A stretch of DNA of 64,000 nt from an uncultured Planktomarina sp. (GCA_913047725.1 CAJWTH010000001.1:91-64090), one strand, 5' to 3'; shown: positions 51,116 to 62,539, counted from the stretch's first letter. Notes: a model not told the origin generated them from the sequence alone. Made by a program: numbers and translations.

Positions 51116-53962
51116 CTAGTCGTCAATATAATCTTCGATTGGAGGACACGTACAAATAAGGTTTCGATCTCCATGGACATTGTCTACACGGTTCACAGGT
51201 ACCCAATATTTATCACCTTTTAAAGTACCGGCGGGGTAGCAGGCTTGTTCCCTGCTGTAAGGTTTGTCCCAATCCCCAATCAGGTCGGCTACGGTGTGTG
51301 GGGCATTCTTTAGGGGATTGTTTTCCCTATCACTTTTACCATCAATTACGTCTTGGGCTTCAGCACGGATTGACAGCATGGCATCACAGAAACGATCTAA
51401 CTCTGCTTTTGGCTCAGACTCGGTAGGTTCTACCATTAAGGTTCCCGCAACTGGCCAACTCATCGTTGGCGCGTGAAACCCACTATCCATCAAACGCTTT
51501 GCGCAGTCGTCGACAGTTATATTAGCCGCGTCTGCCAAGGGCCTTGTGTCAATGATACACTCATGAGCGACGCGACCATTTTTTGAAGTATACAGGATCT
51601 TAAAGGCACCCTCTAAGCGCGCTGCAATGTAGTTTGCATTTAATATTGCAACCTTGGTGGCTTGCGTAAGACCAGCCCCACCCATCAAAAGAATATATGC
51701 CCAACTCACTGGGAGAATAGATGGCGAACCAAAAGGTGCCGCCGAAACTGGTCCGACGCTACTGCCATACTCTGGGTGCCCCGGTAAATGTGCGCTTAAA
51801 TGGGCCTTAACACCAATTGGTCCCATGCCGGGGCCGCCACCGCCATGTGGGATGCAAAAAGTTTTATGTAGGTTTAGGTGGGACACATCACCGCCGATGT
51901 CGCCTGGTCGCGACAACCCTACCATCGCATTCATATTAGCTCCATCTATGTAAACTTGTCCGCCATGGTCGTGAGTAATTCGACAGACTTCTTGAACGGT
52001 CTCTTCAAAGACGCCATGAGTTGAAGGATAGGTGATCATACAGGCGGCTAGATCTGCTTTATGAAGTTCGGCTTTTGCTTTGAAATCTGAAACGTCAATA
52101 TTTCCATCGTCATCTGATTGAATTACTATTACCTTATAGCCAACCATTTGCGCTGATGCGGGATTGGTTCCATGTGCTGATGTTGGTATTAAGCAAACGT
52201 TGCGGTGGCCCTCTCCGCGGGCAATATGATAGTTTCGAATTGTTAAAAGACCTGCATATTCGCCCTGCGCTCCAGAATTTGGCTGTTGGCTTATGGCGTC
52301 GTAGCCGGTAATTTCACACAGTTTGACATTCAAGTCAGCAAACATTTCGTGATAACCTAAGGCCTGGTCTTTTGGTACAAAGGGATGGAGATTTGAAAAC
52401 TCAGGCCAAGTAACTGGGATCATTTCAATAGTGGCATTCAATTTCATGGTGCAACTGCCCAGCGGTATCATAGACCTGTCCAACGCCAAATCGCGGTCTG
52501 CTAGTCGACGCATATAACGAGTTATTTCAGCCTCAGCGCGATTGAGATGAAAAATTGGGTGAGTAAGATATGTACTCTCGCGAAGTAGAGTTGAAGGCAA
52601 GCGGTATGCGCGATTTGCCTGACTGTCGTCTTTCATATCCCCACCAAAGGCATTCCAAACTGCCTCAATGGTCTCCGGCCTAGTTTGCTCGTCTAGAGTA
52701 ATTCCAACGCGATCATCATTCACTTTACGTAAATTGATCCCATTGTTTACAGCGGCGTTCATAATGACACCTTGAAGGTTACCAACTTTAACAGTGATAG
52801 TGTCAAAAAATACATCTGGCTGTACATCAAATCCGAGTGCCTCAAGCCCTTTTGCCAGGCGACTGGTCTTGCGGTGGACAGATTGTGCAATTGCCTTAAT
52901 TCCGTCGGGGCCATGATATACCGCATACATTGAAGCTATTACCGCTAAAAGCGCCTGAGCAGTACATACGTTGGAATTCGCTTTCTCGCGCCGGATGTGC
53001 TGCTCTCGGGTTTGCAGGGCAAGCCGCAGTGCCTTATTGCCTCTACTATCGACCGATACGCCTATGATGCGTCCGGGCATGCTACGCTTGAAAGCCTCTC
53101 TCGTAGCCATGTAGGCCGCATGTGGGCCACCGTAGCCCATTGGAACACCAAAGCGTTGAGTTGAACCAATTGCGATGTCTGCGCCCATTTCACCAGGGCT
53201 TTTCAAGAGGGCTAAGGCTAACGGATCTGCTGCAATTATACCCAAAGCTTTGTGCTCATGCAGACTTGAGATCTCGGCAGTGAAATCTCGAACATGCCCG
53301 TAAGTTCCTGGATATTGGAAAATGGCTCCGAATACTTTGCTCGCATCAAGGTTGTCTGGATTGTCCACAATTACATGAATGCCAAGGGGTTCAGCACGGG
53401 TCTGGATTACAGAAATATTCTGGGGGTGACAGTTTTCATCAACAAAAAATGTTTGTGATTTAGATTTAGCTGACCGCATGGCCATAGTCATAGCTTCAGC
53501 CGCCGCCGTTGATTCATCGAGGAGGGAAGCATTCGCTATATCAAGTCCAGTCAAATCACTGACCATAGTTTGGAAGTTTAAGAGCGCTTCGAGGCGGCCT
53601 TGTGAAATTTCGGGCTGGTATGGAGTATAGGCCGTGTACCATGCGGGGTTTTCAAGAATGTTGCGAAGTATCGGCGCTGGTGTCGTTGTGCCATGATAAC
53701 CTTGGCCAATTAGGGAGGTTAGAACTTTATTTTTTCCTGCTACTTGTTTCATATGATGTAGGGCATCACGTTCTGACATTGGCCCCCCAAAGCTAAGTGG
53801 TTGGTCTTGGCGGATAACCTGCGGAACTGTTGCATCAATTAATGCATCTAGGTTGCTAAAGCCTATGACATTAAGCATTTCAGTCATCTCCAAGGGAGAC
53901 GGGCCGATATGCCTGCGATTAGCAAAATCATAGGCTTCATATGTAGTGAGTTCAAAAGGCAT
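51116..53962 (-). CDS. gcvP: Glycine dehydrogenase (glycine cleavage P protein)
   Basis: [31 protein letters not shown]. Confidence 0.98.
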   Translation of the reverse strand: MPFELTTYEAYDFANRRHIGPSPLEMTEMLNVIGFSNLDALIDATVPQVIRQDQPLSFGGPMSERDALHHMKQVAGKNKVLTSLIGQGYHGTTTPAPILRNILENPAWYTAYTPYQPEISQGRLEALLNFQTMVSDLTGLDIANASLLDESTAAAEAMTMAMRSAKSKSQTFFVDENCHPQNISVIQTRAEPLGIHVIVDNPDNLDASKVFGAIFQYPGTYGHVRDFTAEISSLHEHKALGIIAADPLALALLKSPGEMGADIAIGSTQRFGVPMGYGGPHAAYMATREAFKRSMPGRIIGVSVDSRGNKALRLALQTREQHIRREKANSNVCTAQALLAVIASMYAVYHGPDGIKAIAQSVHRKTSRLAKGLEALGFDVQPDVFFDTITVKVGNLQGVIMNAAVNNGINLRKVNDDRVGITLDEQTRPETIEAVWNAFGGDMKDDSQANRAYRLPSTLLRESTYLTHPIFHLNRAEAEITRYMRRLADRDLALDRSMIPLGSCTMKLNATIEMIPVTWPEFSNLHPFVPKDQALGYHEMFADLNVKLCEITGYDAISQQPNSGAQGEYAGLLTIRNYHIARGEGHRNVCLIPTSAHGTNPASAQMVGYKVIVIQSDDDGNIDVSDFKAKAELHKADLAACMITYPSTHGVFEETVQEVCRITHDHGGQVYIDGANMNAMVGLSRPGDIGGDVSHLNLHKTFCIPHGGGGPGMGPIGVKAHLSAHLPGHPEYGSSVGPVSAAPFGSPSILPVSWAYILLMGGAGLTQATKVAILNANYIAARLEGAFKILYTSKNGRVAHECIIDTRPLADAANITVDDCAKRLMDSGFHAPTMSWPVAGTLMVEPTESEPKAELDRFCDAMLSIRAEAQDVIDGKSDRENNPLKNAPHTVADLIGDWDKPYSREQACYPAGTLKGDKYWVPVNRVDNVHGDRNLICTCPPIEDYIDD

Positions 53963-53989
53963 TGTGAGGTCTCCCGTTGGGGGTCAAGT

Positions 53990-54355
53990 TTAAGCGATAA
54001 ACGTTTTATAGGCGGCTAAGTCCATTAGGCCTTCAAGCTGGGAGGGGTCAGTTAGTTTGATTTTATAAATCCACGCATCACTTTCAGGGCTTTCATTCAG
54101 TGCAGATGGATTATTTTCTAAAACTGAATTTGCTTCCACGACTTCGCCATCCACGGGGGCGTAGATTTCTGAGGCGGCTTTTACAGATTCGATCACTCCG
54201 ATCTCGTCACCACTTTCAAACTCATCACCATCTTCTTTTTGTTCAATAAAAACTATGTCACCTAGCTGTTCTGCAGCGTGTGCAGTAATCCCAACAATTG
54301 CTGTATCGCCGTCAATGGTGATCCACTCATGCTCTTCTGAATAATAAGTTGTCAT
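53990..54355 (-). CDS. gcvH: Glycine cleavage H protein
   Basis: HEW, ESVKAASEIYAP lipoyl lysine. Confidence 0.97.
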   Translation of the reverse strand: MTTYYSEEHEWITIDGDTAIVGITAHAAEQLGDIVFIEQKEDGDEFESGDEIGVIESVKAASEIYAPVDGEVVEANSVLENNPSALNESPESDAWIYKIKLTDPSQLEGLMDLAAYKTFIA

Positions 54356-54368
54356 TTTGATTTCCTAG

Positions 54369-55466
54369 CTAACGTTTGTATTTTTGTTTAATAAAGGGCA
54401 GGGTACAGACCTCTGCGGGTTGTGACTTTCCACGAACAATAAGGTTTAACTTGTTGCCAGGTGAAGCCTGATTACTAGTGACATACCCCATTGCCACTGG
54501 CCCACCAAAGGTTGGCCCAAAGCCGCCGGATGTTACCGTACCAATAGACCGACCATTTTGATTTTGGATTTCTACTCCAGCACGGGCAGGCGCACGTCCC
54601 AATGGTTTTATCCCAACAAGTTTTTGGCTAGCTCCCTGAGTCAGCTCTGCTAAAATACGTGCGGCACCGGGGAACCCACCTTCAAGGCGCCTTCTTTTTT
54701 GAATGGCCCAACTTAGATTTGCTTCTACTGGTGATTTTTTGTTGTCAATATCATTCCCGTAGAGACAGAGGCCAGCTTCCATTCGGAGGCTATCTCGGGC
54801 GCCAAGTCCTGCAGGAAAACATTTTGGATGTTCCAGTAACAAACGGCTGATCTGTTCAGCGTTAGCCTCTGGAATGGAAATTTCAAAACCATCTTCACCG
54901 GTATAACCGAGCCGTGATATTCGGCACGACACGCCATTTATTGGAGCTGTTACACTTTCCATAAATTTTAGATCAGCGGCCACTGGACAATGCGCGCTTA
55001 GTACGTGTTCCGCTGCTGGCCCCTGCAATGCAATTAACGCTCGGTCAAAAATTTCTATTACCTCAACTCCATCCAAGGCTTTTGCCATGTAGGGAATATC
55101 TTGACTGCGCATCGAAGCATTTACCACTAAAAATAGGTGATCTCCTGCGTTTGAGATAATTAAATCATCTCGAATACCACCCTCATCGTTAGTAAAGAAG
55201 GTATACCGGGCCTTTCCCACTTCCAACTCTGTCAAAGCTGCTGGTACCAGTGCCTCTAGCCTTTTTGCTGCATTAGGACCACGCAGTATTACTTGCCCCA
55301 TGTGGCTGACATCGAAAAGTGCCGCCTTTGTACGGCATATGTTATGTTCGCCCATGATACCCATCGGATATTGAACAGGCATCTCCCATCCTGCAAAATC
55401 AACCATTTTCCCGCCCAGCTCACAATGGAGGCTATAAAGTGGTGTGCGTTTTGGGCCAGATGTCAT
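54369..55466 (-). CDS. gcvT: Glycine cleavage aminomethyltransferase T
   Basis: FAGWEMPVQY, FDVSHMG, GYTGEDGFEI, GLGARDSLRMEAG. Confidence 0.97.
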   Translation of the reverse strand: MTSGPKRTPLYSLHCELGGKMVDFAGWEMPVQYPMGIMGEHNICRTKAALFDVSHMGQVILRGPNAAKRLEALVPAALTELEVGKARYTFFTNDEGGIRDDLIISNAGDHLFLVVNASMRSQDIPYMAKALDGVEVIEIFDRALIALQGPAAEHVLSAHCPVAADLKFMESVTAPINGVSCRISRLGYTGEDGFEISIPEANAEQISRLLLEHPKCFPAGLGARDSLRMEAGLCLYGNDIDNKKSPVEANLSWAIQKRRRLEGGFPGAARILAELTQGASQKLVGIKPLGRAPARAGVEIQNQNGRSIGTVTSGGFGPTFGGPVAMGYVTSNQASPGNKLNLIVRGKSQPAEVCTLPFIKQKYKR

Positions 55467-55487
55467 CAGTTATTTCCGGTATTAAAC

Positions 55488-55509
55488 ATATTTCCACTAT
55501 AGGAAACAT
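55488..55509. promoter_or_regulatory. Palindromic candidate operator upstream of gcvT
   Basis: ATATTTCC-actata-GGAAACAT (7/8 IR), 22 bp from the gcvT start. Confidence 0.45.
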
Positions 55510-55573
55510 AAGTGAGATATATAGGACTATTACTGTATTTCAAGCCTGAATAATGGACACTTTAAAGTCTAAT

Positions 55574-56938
55574 TTACTTAATAAACTCTTTGCTCACCTT
55601 AATTATAGCTTGTTCCAATATCTCAAACATATCATCTATTTGTGAGCGTGAAATTATCAGTGGCGGTGAAAATACGCACATATTGATTAATGGCCTAACA
55701 ATCAGCCCCATATCATTGCAAACTTCATCAAGCCTCATTCCAATCTTGCGTTCATCCTCGAGCCGAGAGCCGTCTTTGCTCAGACGTGCCTCAATGCAAC
55801 CTATTAAGCCGTGGCCGCGGGCATCTCCAACTATTGGGAATTTTTTCAGTTCAGCTAATCGATTTTGGAAATAAGGGGAAACTTCCCGCACGTGCTCCAG
55901 AATTTTCTCCCGTTCTAAAATTTCAATATTTTTTAGGGCTGCAGCACAGCTTACGGGGTGCCCAGAATATGTGTAACCATTTGAAAATAATACTTCACCC
56001 TTGTGGGCCATTTTTTCCATCATTTCATCCGAAATAATGCACGCTCCAAGTGGGAGGTAGCCAGATGTGAGCCCCTTTGCGCACGTGATCATATCAGGCT
56101 TAATTCCATAGACGGTTTCGGACGCAAACCAATGGCCTAGGCGACCAAAACCAGTCACAACTTCATCAGATATATAGAGAATTTCATGTTGGCGGCACAG
56201 GTCAAACGTACGTTTATGGTATCCTTCGGGGGGTACAATAACTCCGCCGGAACTAAGTATCGGTTCAGCAATAAATGCTCCTATTTTATCTGCCCCAATA
56301 CTTTCGATAGCACTTTCCAGGTCTCTAACTTTGGCATCACACCATGCCGTAACACTCATATCATCTGGGCGAATATAGGGGTTAACATTTGGCAGGAAAT
56401 GTACCAACCGGCTTTCTACATCGAATTTGGTAATATCGCGTTCTTTACCGCTTACAGATGCAGCCAAATAAGTAGACCCATGATACCCCTTCTCTCTCGC
56501 CAGAATAATCTTCTTATTTGGTCGACCAAGGCTATTATTCATAAACTGCATTGCACGTAGAGCCGTATCCACGGCCGTGGATCCTCCAGTCGTAAAAAAA
56601 ACATTATTAAGATCACCTGGTGCAAAATCTGCAATTTTCTTAGCTAAAATTGCGCTTGGCTCTGTGACGTTAGTCCACGGCGATGCAAAAGGCATCTTCA
56701 TTACTTGCGCTGCGATTGCTTCAGCCATCTCTTTTTGGCCATAACCAATTTGAACGCACCACATTCCTCCAGGGCCATCTATGAACTTCTTGCCAGTTTC
56801 GTCATACATGTAAATTCCATCGGCCTCAGTTACGAGCATATTATCATAATCACGCCAGTAATTCATATCGTGCCAGGGATGTATGAAATGTTCACGGTCC
56901 CAGCTATGCAAGTCTTCAGAAGATGGAGAATTTTTCAT
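55574..56938 (-). CDS. Class III (omega-amino acid/polyamine:pyruvate-type) aminotransferase
   Basis: [36 protein letters not shown] lysine, GYTYSGHP. Confidence 0.88.
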   Translation of the reverse strand: MKNSPSSEDLHSWDREHFIHPWHDMNYWRDYDNMLVTEADGIYMYDETGKKFIDGPGGMWCVQIGYGQKEMAEAIAAQVMKMPFASPWTNVTEPSAILAKKIADFAPGDLNNVFFTTGGSTAVDTALRAMQFMNNSLGRPNKKIILAREKGYHGSTYLAASVSGKERDITKFDVESRLVHFLPNVNPYIRPDDMSVTAWCDAKVRDLESAIESIGADKIGAFIAEPILSSGGVIVPPEGYHKRTFDLCRQHEILYISDEVVTGFGRLGHWFASETVYGIKPDMITCAKGLTSGYLPLGACIISDEMMEKMAHKGEVLFSNGYTYSGHPVSCAAALKNIEILEREKILEHVREVSPYFQNRLAELKKFPIVGDARGHGLIGCIEARLSKDGSRLEDERKIGMRLDEVCNDMGLIVRPLINMCVFSPPLIISRSQIDDMFEILEQAIIKVSKEFIK

Positions 56939-57035
56939 GTGAACCTCTATAGTTATTTGACGTAAAGAACATCTCAGTGGATATTGTATAAAGTGTATTT
57001 GGAGGCATTTCTACATTGCAATCAAGATAATTTCC

Positions 57036-57437
57036 TTAGGTAGAAATTTCTTCAATTGGACCATCCGCTTTAGTCCAAGCCGCAAAACCGCCTTCAATAT
57101 GTGCAACGGGGGCAAGCCCCATATCTTGGGCAAGTTTTGTACTGAGTGCTGAGCGCCACGCGCTCGCACAATAAAACACGTAAGTCTTATCTTGGTTGAA
57201 AATCTCTTTATGGTAGGGGCTTGCTGGATCGATCCAAAATTCAAGCATGCCACGAGGGCAGGAAAATGCCCCTGGTATTTTTCCAGTGCGTTGCAGTTCA
57301 CGAATGTCACGTAGGTCTACGATTATATGATTTGGGCTGTCCACAAGATTGAGGGCGTCAGAAATTGGTATCGTAGTTATTTCTTTGTTGGCGTCCGCGA
57401 CCATTCCTTTAACCGCCTTCGTAATATTTTGACCCAT
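57036..57437 (-). CDS. Single-domain rhodanese-like protein
   Basis: VDLRDIRE, GKIPGA, YCASAWRS active loop, GGFAAW. Confidence 0.88.
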   Translation of the reverse strand: MGQNITKAVKGMVADANKEITTIPISDALNLVDSPNHIIVDLRDIRELQRTGKIPGAFSCPRGMLEFWIDPASPYHKEIFNQDKTYVFYCASAWRSALSTKLAQDMGLAPVAHIEGGFAAWTKADGPIEEIST

Positions 57438-57506
57438 TTAAAATTCTCCACCTTTTTCATGATTTAGTTTGTGTTGTTGAAAATGCAATTATTTTAAACT
57501 TATATA

Positions 57507-58817
57507 TCATTTTTTGTTAGGCTTGCCGTCGAACTTTTTTTCCAAATCTAACCAACAGTCAATGTAATCATCTTGAAGCGGTGCTTCAGAAGCTGCGAAT
57601 TTTGTTAAATGCTGTGGAAAACGGGTTTCGAACATAAATGACATCGTATTTTGTAATTTATGTGGCCCAAGTTCCGCATTAGATGCGGTCTCAAATGCCG
57701 TTTTATCTGGTCCATGGGGCAGCATCATATTGTGTAAGCTCATACCACCAGGAATAAATCCTTCTGGCTTTGCGTCATACTGCCCATAAATATTACCCAT
57801 AAGTTCCGACATAACATTTTTATGATACCATGGAGGACGAAAAGTATTTTCGGCTACTGACCAGCGATCCCTAAATAATACAAAGTCTACATTTGCTGTT
57901 CCCTCAACTCCGCTTGGCGCACTGAGGACTGTAAATATTGATGGATCTGGGTGGTCAAACAAGATTGCACCTACTGGACAGTAGGTATTTAGGTCGTATT
58001 TATATGGTGTATAATTGCCATGCCAGGCGACGACATCTAGAGGGCTATGGTCAATTCGAGTTTCATGAAATTGCCCTGCCCATTTGACTGTTACGGTACT
58101 TGGGGCGTCATGGTCTTCATAAGATGCGAGAGGTGCTTTGAAGTCGCGTCGGTTGGCCATACAGTTCGCGCCAATTGGTCCTCGGCCAGGAAGAGTAAAC
58201 TTTTGACCATAATTTTCACACACAAATCCACGCGTTGGACCATCGATTACTTCAACGCGGTAAACTAGCCCACGTGGAAGAACTGCTATTTCTTGCGGGC
58301 TTACGTTTAAAATACCAAGTTCCGTACAAAATCTTAGTTTTCCCTCCTGAGGAACAACCAAAAGTTCACTATCTGCTGAATAAAAATATTCATCTTGCAT
58401 ACTTTTGGTGACTAAATAAGTGTGAGCTGCCATACCTATTTGCGTATTTACATCGCCGGCTGTGGTCATTGTGTGCATGCCAGTTAGCCATGTTGAATCT
58501 TGCGATGTTAAAGCGATAGGGTCCCAGCGATACTGTCCTAGGCTCGCTATGTCAGGCAATATGTGTGGCGCAGACTTCCAGTATGGAAGGTCAATTTTTT
58601 TAAATCGGTGGGTGTGTTTTACCGAGGGACGAATCCTGTAGCACCAGGTACGTTCGTTCTGCGATTGGGGCGCGGTAAAAGCAGTACCAGAAAGTTGTTC
58701 TCCGTAAAGGCCGTAACTACATTTTTGAGGGCTGTTTTGTCCCTCTGGCAAAGCTCCAGGCAGCGCCTCTGTTTGAAAGTCATTTCCAAATCCAGACATA
58801 TATTGAACATTATCCAC
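57507..58817 (-). CDS. hmgA: Homogentisate 1,2-dioxygenase
   Basis: [33 protein letters not shown]; GTG 58817 has an AAGGAG RBS. Confidence 0.97.
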   Translation of the reverse strand: MDNVQYMSGFGNDFQTEALPGALPEGQNSPQKCSYGLYGEQLSGTAFTAPQSQNERTWCYRIRPSVKHTHRFKKIDLPYWKSAPHILPDIASLGQYRWDPIALTSQDSTWLTGMHTMTTAGDVNTQIGMAAHTYLVTKSMQDEYFYSADSELLVVPQEGKLRFCTELGILNVSPQEIAVLPRGLVYRVEVIDGPTRGFVCENYGQKFTLPGRGPIGANCMANRRDFKAPLASYEDHDAPSTVTVKWAGQFHETRIDHSPLDVVAWHGNYTPYKYDLNTYCPVGAILFDHPDPSIFTVLSAPSGVEGTANVDFVLFRDRWSVAENTFRPPWYHKNVMSELMGNIYGQYDAKPEGFIPGGMSLHNMMLPHGPDKTAFETASNAELGPHKLQNTMSFMFETRFPQHLTKFAASEAPLQDDYIDCWLDLEKKFDGKPNKK

Positions 58818-59014
58818 CGTGATATTCTCCTTGGCTTTCATGCTAGAAATATTATTCGAAATAAAAACTAACAACAGTCTATTTTTGATAAATATAAAAA
58901 ATGCAGTTTTGTGTTACTAAATTGTATTCCTGTAAAACTTATTTACAAATACTTTGTTGATTATTTGCGCGCGATAAGAAATTGTAAAGTTCTGGTAATA
59001 TAAATAGGTGACTG

Positions 59015-60043
59015 ATGATCAAGACCTCAAAAATTAAAAATATGGAAGAGTTTGCATCAGTGAGTGGGCTGTCCAGGCCAACGGTATCCAAATATTTCAA
59101 TGATGCGGAAAGCGTGCGAGCTTCGACCCGGACAAGAATTGAGCAAGCTCTTGAGGAATATGATTACAGACCTAATATTTACGCCATCAATCAAAATAGA
59201 AAACTAACAAAGAATGTTGGGATCTTGGTGCCCTATCTCTCAGATCCATTTTTTGCTGAGATCGCTCGAAACGTAGAGCAGCGTTGTATTGATGCAGGGT
59301 TCCGGCCGACCTTGTATAGCGCGCATGGGGATCCATCTCTCGAAGTAGAAATTCTTGACAGCCTTCGGTCTTTTAAACCTGCAGGAGTTCTTATGGCGCC
59401 ACTTGGCAGGTCGTCCATACGGGGTGAAATAGAAAAATTTTGTGATGAGGTTCCAACAGTACTTTTTGATAGCAACATTCCTGATTTAGGATTGGCCTTT
59501 GTGGGATCCAATAATACCCAATTTTCGATGCTGATGGCTGAATATCTCTGCCGGACTGGAGAACCGCCCTGCTTTTTTGAGATGCAGACACCCTCTAATC
59601 CTAACGCTAATAAACGTCGTCAAGGGTATTTGGATGCAATGTTGAAGTTGGGGCATCAGCCCAAAGTCATTAAAGCAGAGGGAGATGGCTGGGCATTTGA
59701 AGAAATTGGCCGCAGGGGAGCCCATGAAGTGTTTAAATCTGGGGGGTTTCCATCAAAAACAATTTTGTGCAGTAACGATCGGCTTGCCATTGGTGTTCTG
59801 ACAGCTTGCTGGGAAGAAGGAATACGAGTTGGCCTAGACCCTGAAGCTTCGATTCGCGTTGCAGGGCAAGATGATCATCCACTTGCACGGTACACTTGTC
59901 CTCCCTTGACAACCATTGCTCAGGAGTATGAGGCAATTTCAAGCTATGCGGTGGAGATGCTTACTAAGGCTGTTGAAAGCGGAGAAAAAGACCATGAATC
60001 AAAGCTTTTTGAAGGCAAATTGGTTATGAGAGACTCCGCGTGA
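59015..60043 (+). CDS. LacI-family transcriptional regulator of the polyol operon
   Basis: SGLSRPTVSKYFN HTH, YRPN hinge, CSNDRLA, PPLTTI. Confidence 0.9.
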   Translation: MIKTSKIKNMEEFASVSGLSRPTVSKYFNDAESVRASTRTRIEQALEEYDYRPNIYAINQNRKLTKNVGILVPYLSDPFFAEIARNVEQRCIDAGFRPTLYSAHGDPSLEVEILDSLRSFKPAGVLMAPLGRSSIRGEIEKFCDEVPTVLFDSNIPDLGLAFVGSNNTQFSMLMAEYLCRTGEPPCFFEMQTPSNPNANKRRQGYLDAMLKLGHQPKVIKAEGDGWAFEEIGRRGAHEVFKSGGFPSKTILCSNDRLAIGVLTACWEEGIRVGLDPEASIRVAGQDDHPLARYTCPPLTTIAQEYEAISSYAVEMLTKAVESGEKDHESKLFEGKLVMRDSA

Positions 60044-60054
60044 GTTAAGTATTA

Positions 60055-60072
60055 TATTTACGCGCGTAAATA
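60055..60072. promoter_or_regulatory. LacI-type operator (perfect 18-bp palindrome)
   Basis: TATTTACGCGCGTAAATA just upstream of a TTGACG -35; degenerate copy TATTTGCGCGCGATAA at 58962 before the lacI-like gene. Confidence 0.75.
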
Positions 60073-60142
60073 CTGGATTGACGGGCCTTTCTATGTCTGT
60101 GTAGTGTCCTCAGGCAACATCCAAACATAGGGGAGATATGGG

Positions 60143-61426
60143 ATGTATTTTAAGAAAGCATTATGTATCGCAAGCGCAGTGGCTCTAATGGCCGGTGCGT
60201 CTCATGCGACAGATTCACTTACGATTGCGATCGTGAACAACGGTCACATGATTAACATGCAAACAGTAGCGAAGGCCTACACTGCAGAAACTGGTGTTGA
60301 GCTCAATTGGGTCGCCTTGGAAGAAGGTGTTTTACGTGAACAGGTCACGTCGGATACTGCGACAGGTGGCGGACAGTACGACATAATTAATATAGGGATG
60401 CAGGAAGCGCCAATCTGGGGCGCTGCAGGTTGGATCGAGCCATTAAATTTTGGTTCTGACTATGACGTTGCAGATATTTTGCCAGCAATGCGGGCAGGTC
60501 TATCACACAATGGAACGCTTTACGCTGCACCATTCTACGGTGAGTCGTCTATGGTCATGTACCGAAAGGATTTGGCTGACGCTGCTGGCGTAACAATTAA
60601 CGACCACGACAGCTGGTCGCGCGTTAAGGAAGCCGCCGCCGCCATGCACAATCCATCTGCCGGTGTTTACGGCGCATGTTTACGTGGAAAGCCAGGTTGG
60701 GGCGATAATATGGCATTCATCACAACGGTTGTAAACTCGTTTGGCGGTTCTTGGTTCCATGCTGATATGCGGCCAGCCCTCGATACCCAGATGTGGAAAG
60801 ATGCCATTAATTTCTACGTAGATCTTCTTGGGAACTACGGACCTCCAGGTTCTGAAGGTAACTCTTTCAATGAGATCCTAGCTTTGTACAACGAAGGTAA
60901 ATGTGGCATGTGGATTGACGCAACGATTGCAGCTTCATTTTTAGAAGTTGACGGTGTCGCATACGCACAATCTCCAAATGCTGGCAATGCAACTGGTGCT
61001 AACTGGTTGTGGGCTTGGGCTATGGCGATCCCTGCCGGTTCGCCAAATGCCGAAGCCGCATCCGCCTTTATTGAGTGGGCCACATCGAAAGACTATGTCC
61101 AGGCTGTAGGAAATCATCCAGATTTTGGATGGGGTTCAGTTCCAACAGGGCAGCGTGCTTCGACTTATGCTCTTCCTGAATTTCAAGCCGTTGCAGGGTT
61201 CGCAGCAGCAGAAATGGCAGCTATTAACTCCGCAGCACCTGCAGCGTCAGATCTGAAGCCATACGTAGGAGTTCAGTTTGCAGCTATACCTGAATTTCCA
61301 GAAGTAGGTTCAGCTGTTGCTCAAGAAATGGCAGCAGCTCTGTCAGGAGCAAAGTCTGTAGACGAAGCTCTAGCGGCAGCGCAGGGTGCGGCTGACGCAA
61401 TCATGCGTGAAGCTGGTTACTACTAA
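60143..61426 (+). CDS. Polyol (sorbitol/mannitol-type) ABC transporter substrate-binding protein, SmoE/MtlE-like
   Basis: Signal peptide, IVNNGHM, PFYGESS, CLRGKPGWGDN, WLWAW, VGVQFAAIPEF. Confidence 0.85.
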   Translation: MYFKKALCIASAVALMAGASHATDSLTIAIVNNGHMINMQTVAKAYTAETGVELNWVALEEGVLREQVTSDTATGGGQYDIINIGMQEAPIWGAAGWIEPLNFGSDYDVADILPAMRAGLSHNGTLYAAPFYGESSMVMYRKDLADAAGVTINDHDSWSRVKEAAAAMHNPSAGVYGACLRGKPGWGDNMAFITTVVNSFGGSWFHADMRPALDTQMWKDAINFYVDLLGNYGPPGSEGNSFNEILALYNEGKCGMWIDATIAASFLEVDGVAYAQSPNAGNATGANWLWAWAMAIPAGSPNAEAASAFIEWATSKDYVQAVGNHPDFGWGSVPTGQRASTYALPEFQAVAGFAAAEMAAINSAAPAASDLKPYVGVQFAAIPEFPEVGSAVAQEMAAALSGAKSVDEALAAAQGAADAIMREAGYY

Positions 61427-61447
61427 TAGCTAGTACTCACTTCCAGT

Positions 61448-61477
61448 GGGCCCGGTTAACGCCGGGCCCTCTATTTT
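61448..61477 (+). terminator. Stem-loop after the SBP gene (terminator or mRNA stabiliser)
   Basis: GGGCCCGG-ttaacg-CCGGGCCC followed by tctatttt. Confidence 0.65.
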
Positions 61478-61588
61478 GTGGTTTATTTCAAAAATTTTAT
61501 ATTGTTTGACGATTCAGACACTCAACTTATGATCTCCAAGTCAGCAGGATATGTTGATAAATTCAGGTTTTGATGAGGAACAAGAGCG

Positions 61589-62527
61589 ATGTCGAATAGA
61601 GTGCTTCCCCGCCTTCTTCAAACACCTGCTGTATTATTGCTGTTAGGTTGGATGGTGGTGCCACTGGGGATGACGCTATATTTCTCATTGATTAGATATG
61701 TATTGAATAGTCTTCGCCGTCCGGAATGGACTTCACCGTCATTGAGTAACTGGCGCGGGTTTGGAAACTATGAATATGTTCTTAATTCAAAAGATTTTTT
61801 GTTTGCCATTCAAAACAGCCTTTTTATAGTTTGTAGCATTTTGTTTTTGACTGTTGTTTTGGGTGTTATGATTGCAGTACTAATTAACAAATCATTCCCT
61901 GGCCAAGGAATAGTCCGAGTACTTCTGATTTCACCATTTTTTGTTATGCCAGCTGTAAACGCTGTTTTATGGATCAACATGATCCTTGATCCAGTTCTTG
62001 GACTTCAAGGAATTGCCGTCGCTGGTATTAATAACATTCTGGAAGTGTTGACAAATTGGCCAATTTTGGGAGGCTTTTTCTCACTATGGCCAGAATTTGA
62101 ACCGATGTCATTTCGTGCTACCCAAACATCAGCAATTGCAGTCATTACAATGGTTACCTGGCAGTGGACGCCCTTTGCTGTCTTAATTTTTATGACGTCG
62201 CTTCAATCTGAAGATCAACAGCAAAAAGAAGCTGCTATTCTCGATGGTGCCGGTGCTTGGTCTCAATTCCGGTTTTTGACCCTTCCGCATCTTGCCCGAC
62301 CAATAGCGATTGTCGTGATGATACAGGCCATCTTTCATCTGTCGCTTTATGCTGAAATTGAAATTGTTAGCCGAGGCAACGGAAACAAAAATTTACCTTA
62401 CCTAATAGGTGAGTTTTCTAACAACAATATTGGCGCAGCCAGTGCCACTGGTATTTTTGCGGTAATACTCGCTAACATCGTGGCTATTTTCCTGCTGCGT
62501 TTGGTTGGCAAGGCTTTGATGGACTAG
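61589..62527 (+). CDS. Polyol ABC transporter permease (SmoF-like)
   Basis: PLGMTLYFS, PFFVMP, WQWTPF, EAAILDGA. Confidence 0.88.
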   Translation: MSNRVLPRLLQTPAVLLLLGWMVVPLGMTLYFSLIRYVLNSLRRPEWTSPSLSNWRGFGNYEYVLNSKDFLFAIQNSLFIVCSILFLTVVLGVMIAVLINKSFPGQGIVRVLLISPFFVMPAVNAVLWINMILDPVLGLQGIAVAGINNILEVLTNWPILGGFFSLWPEFEPMSFRATQTSAIAVITMVTWQWTPFAVLIFMTSLQSEDQQQKEAAILDGAGAWSQFRFLTLPHLARPIAIVVMIQAIFHLSLYAEIEIVSRGNGNKNLPYLIGEFSNNNIGAASATGIFAVILANIVAIFLLRLVGKALMD

Positions 62528-62539
62528 GAGGAATAGAAC

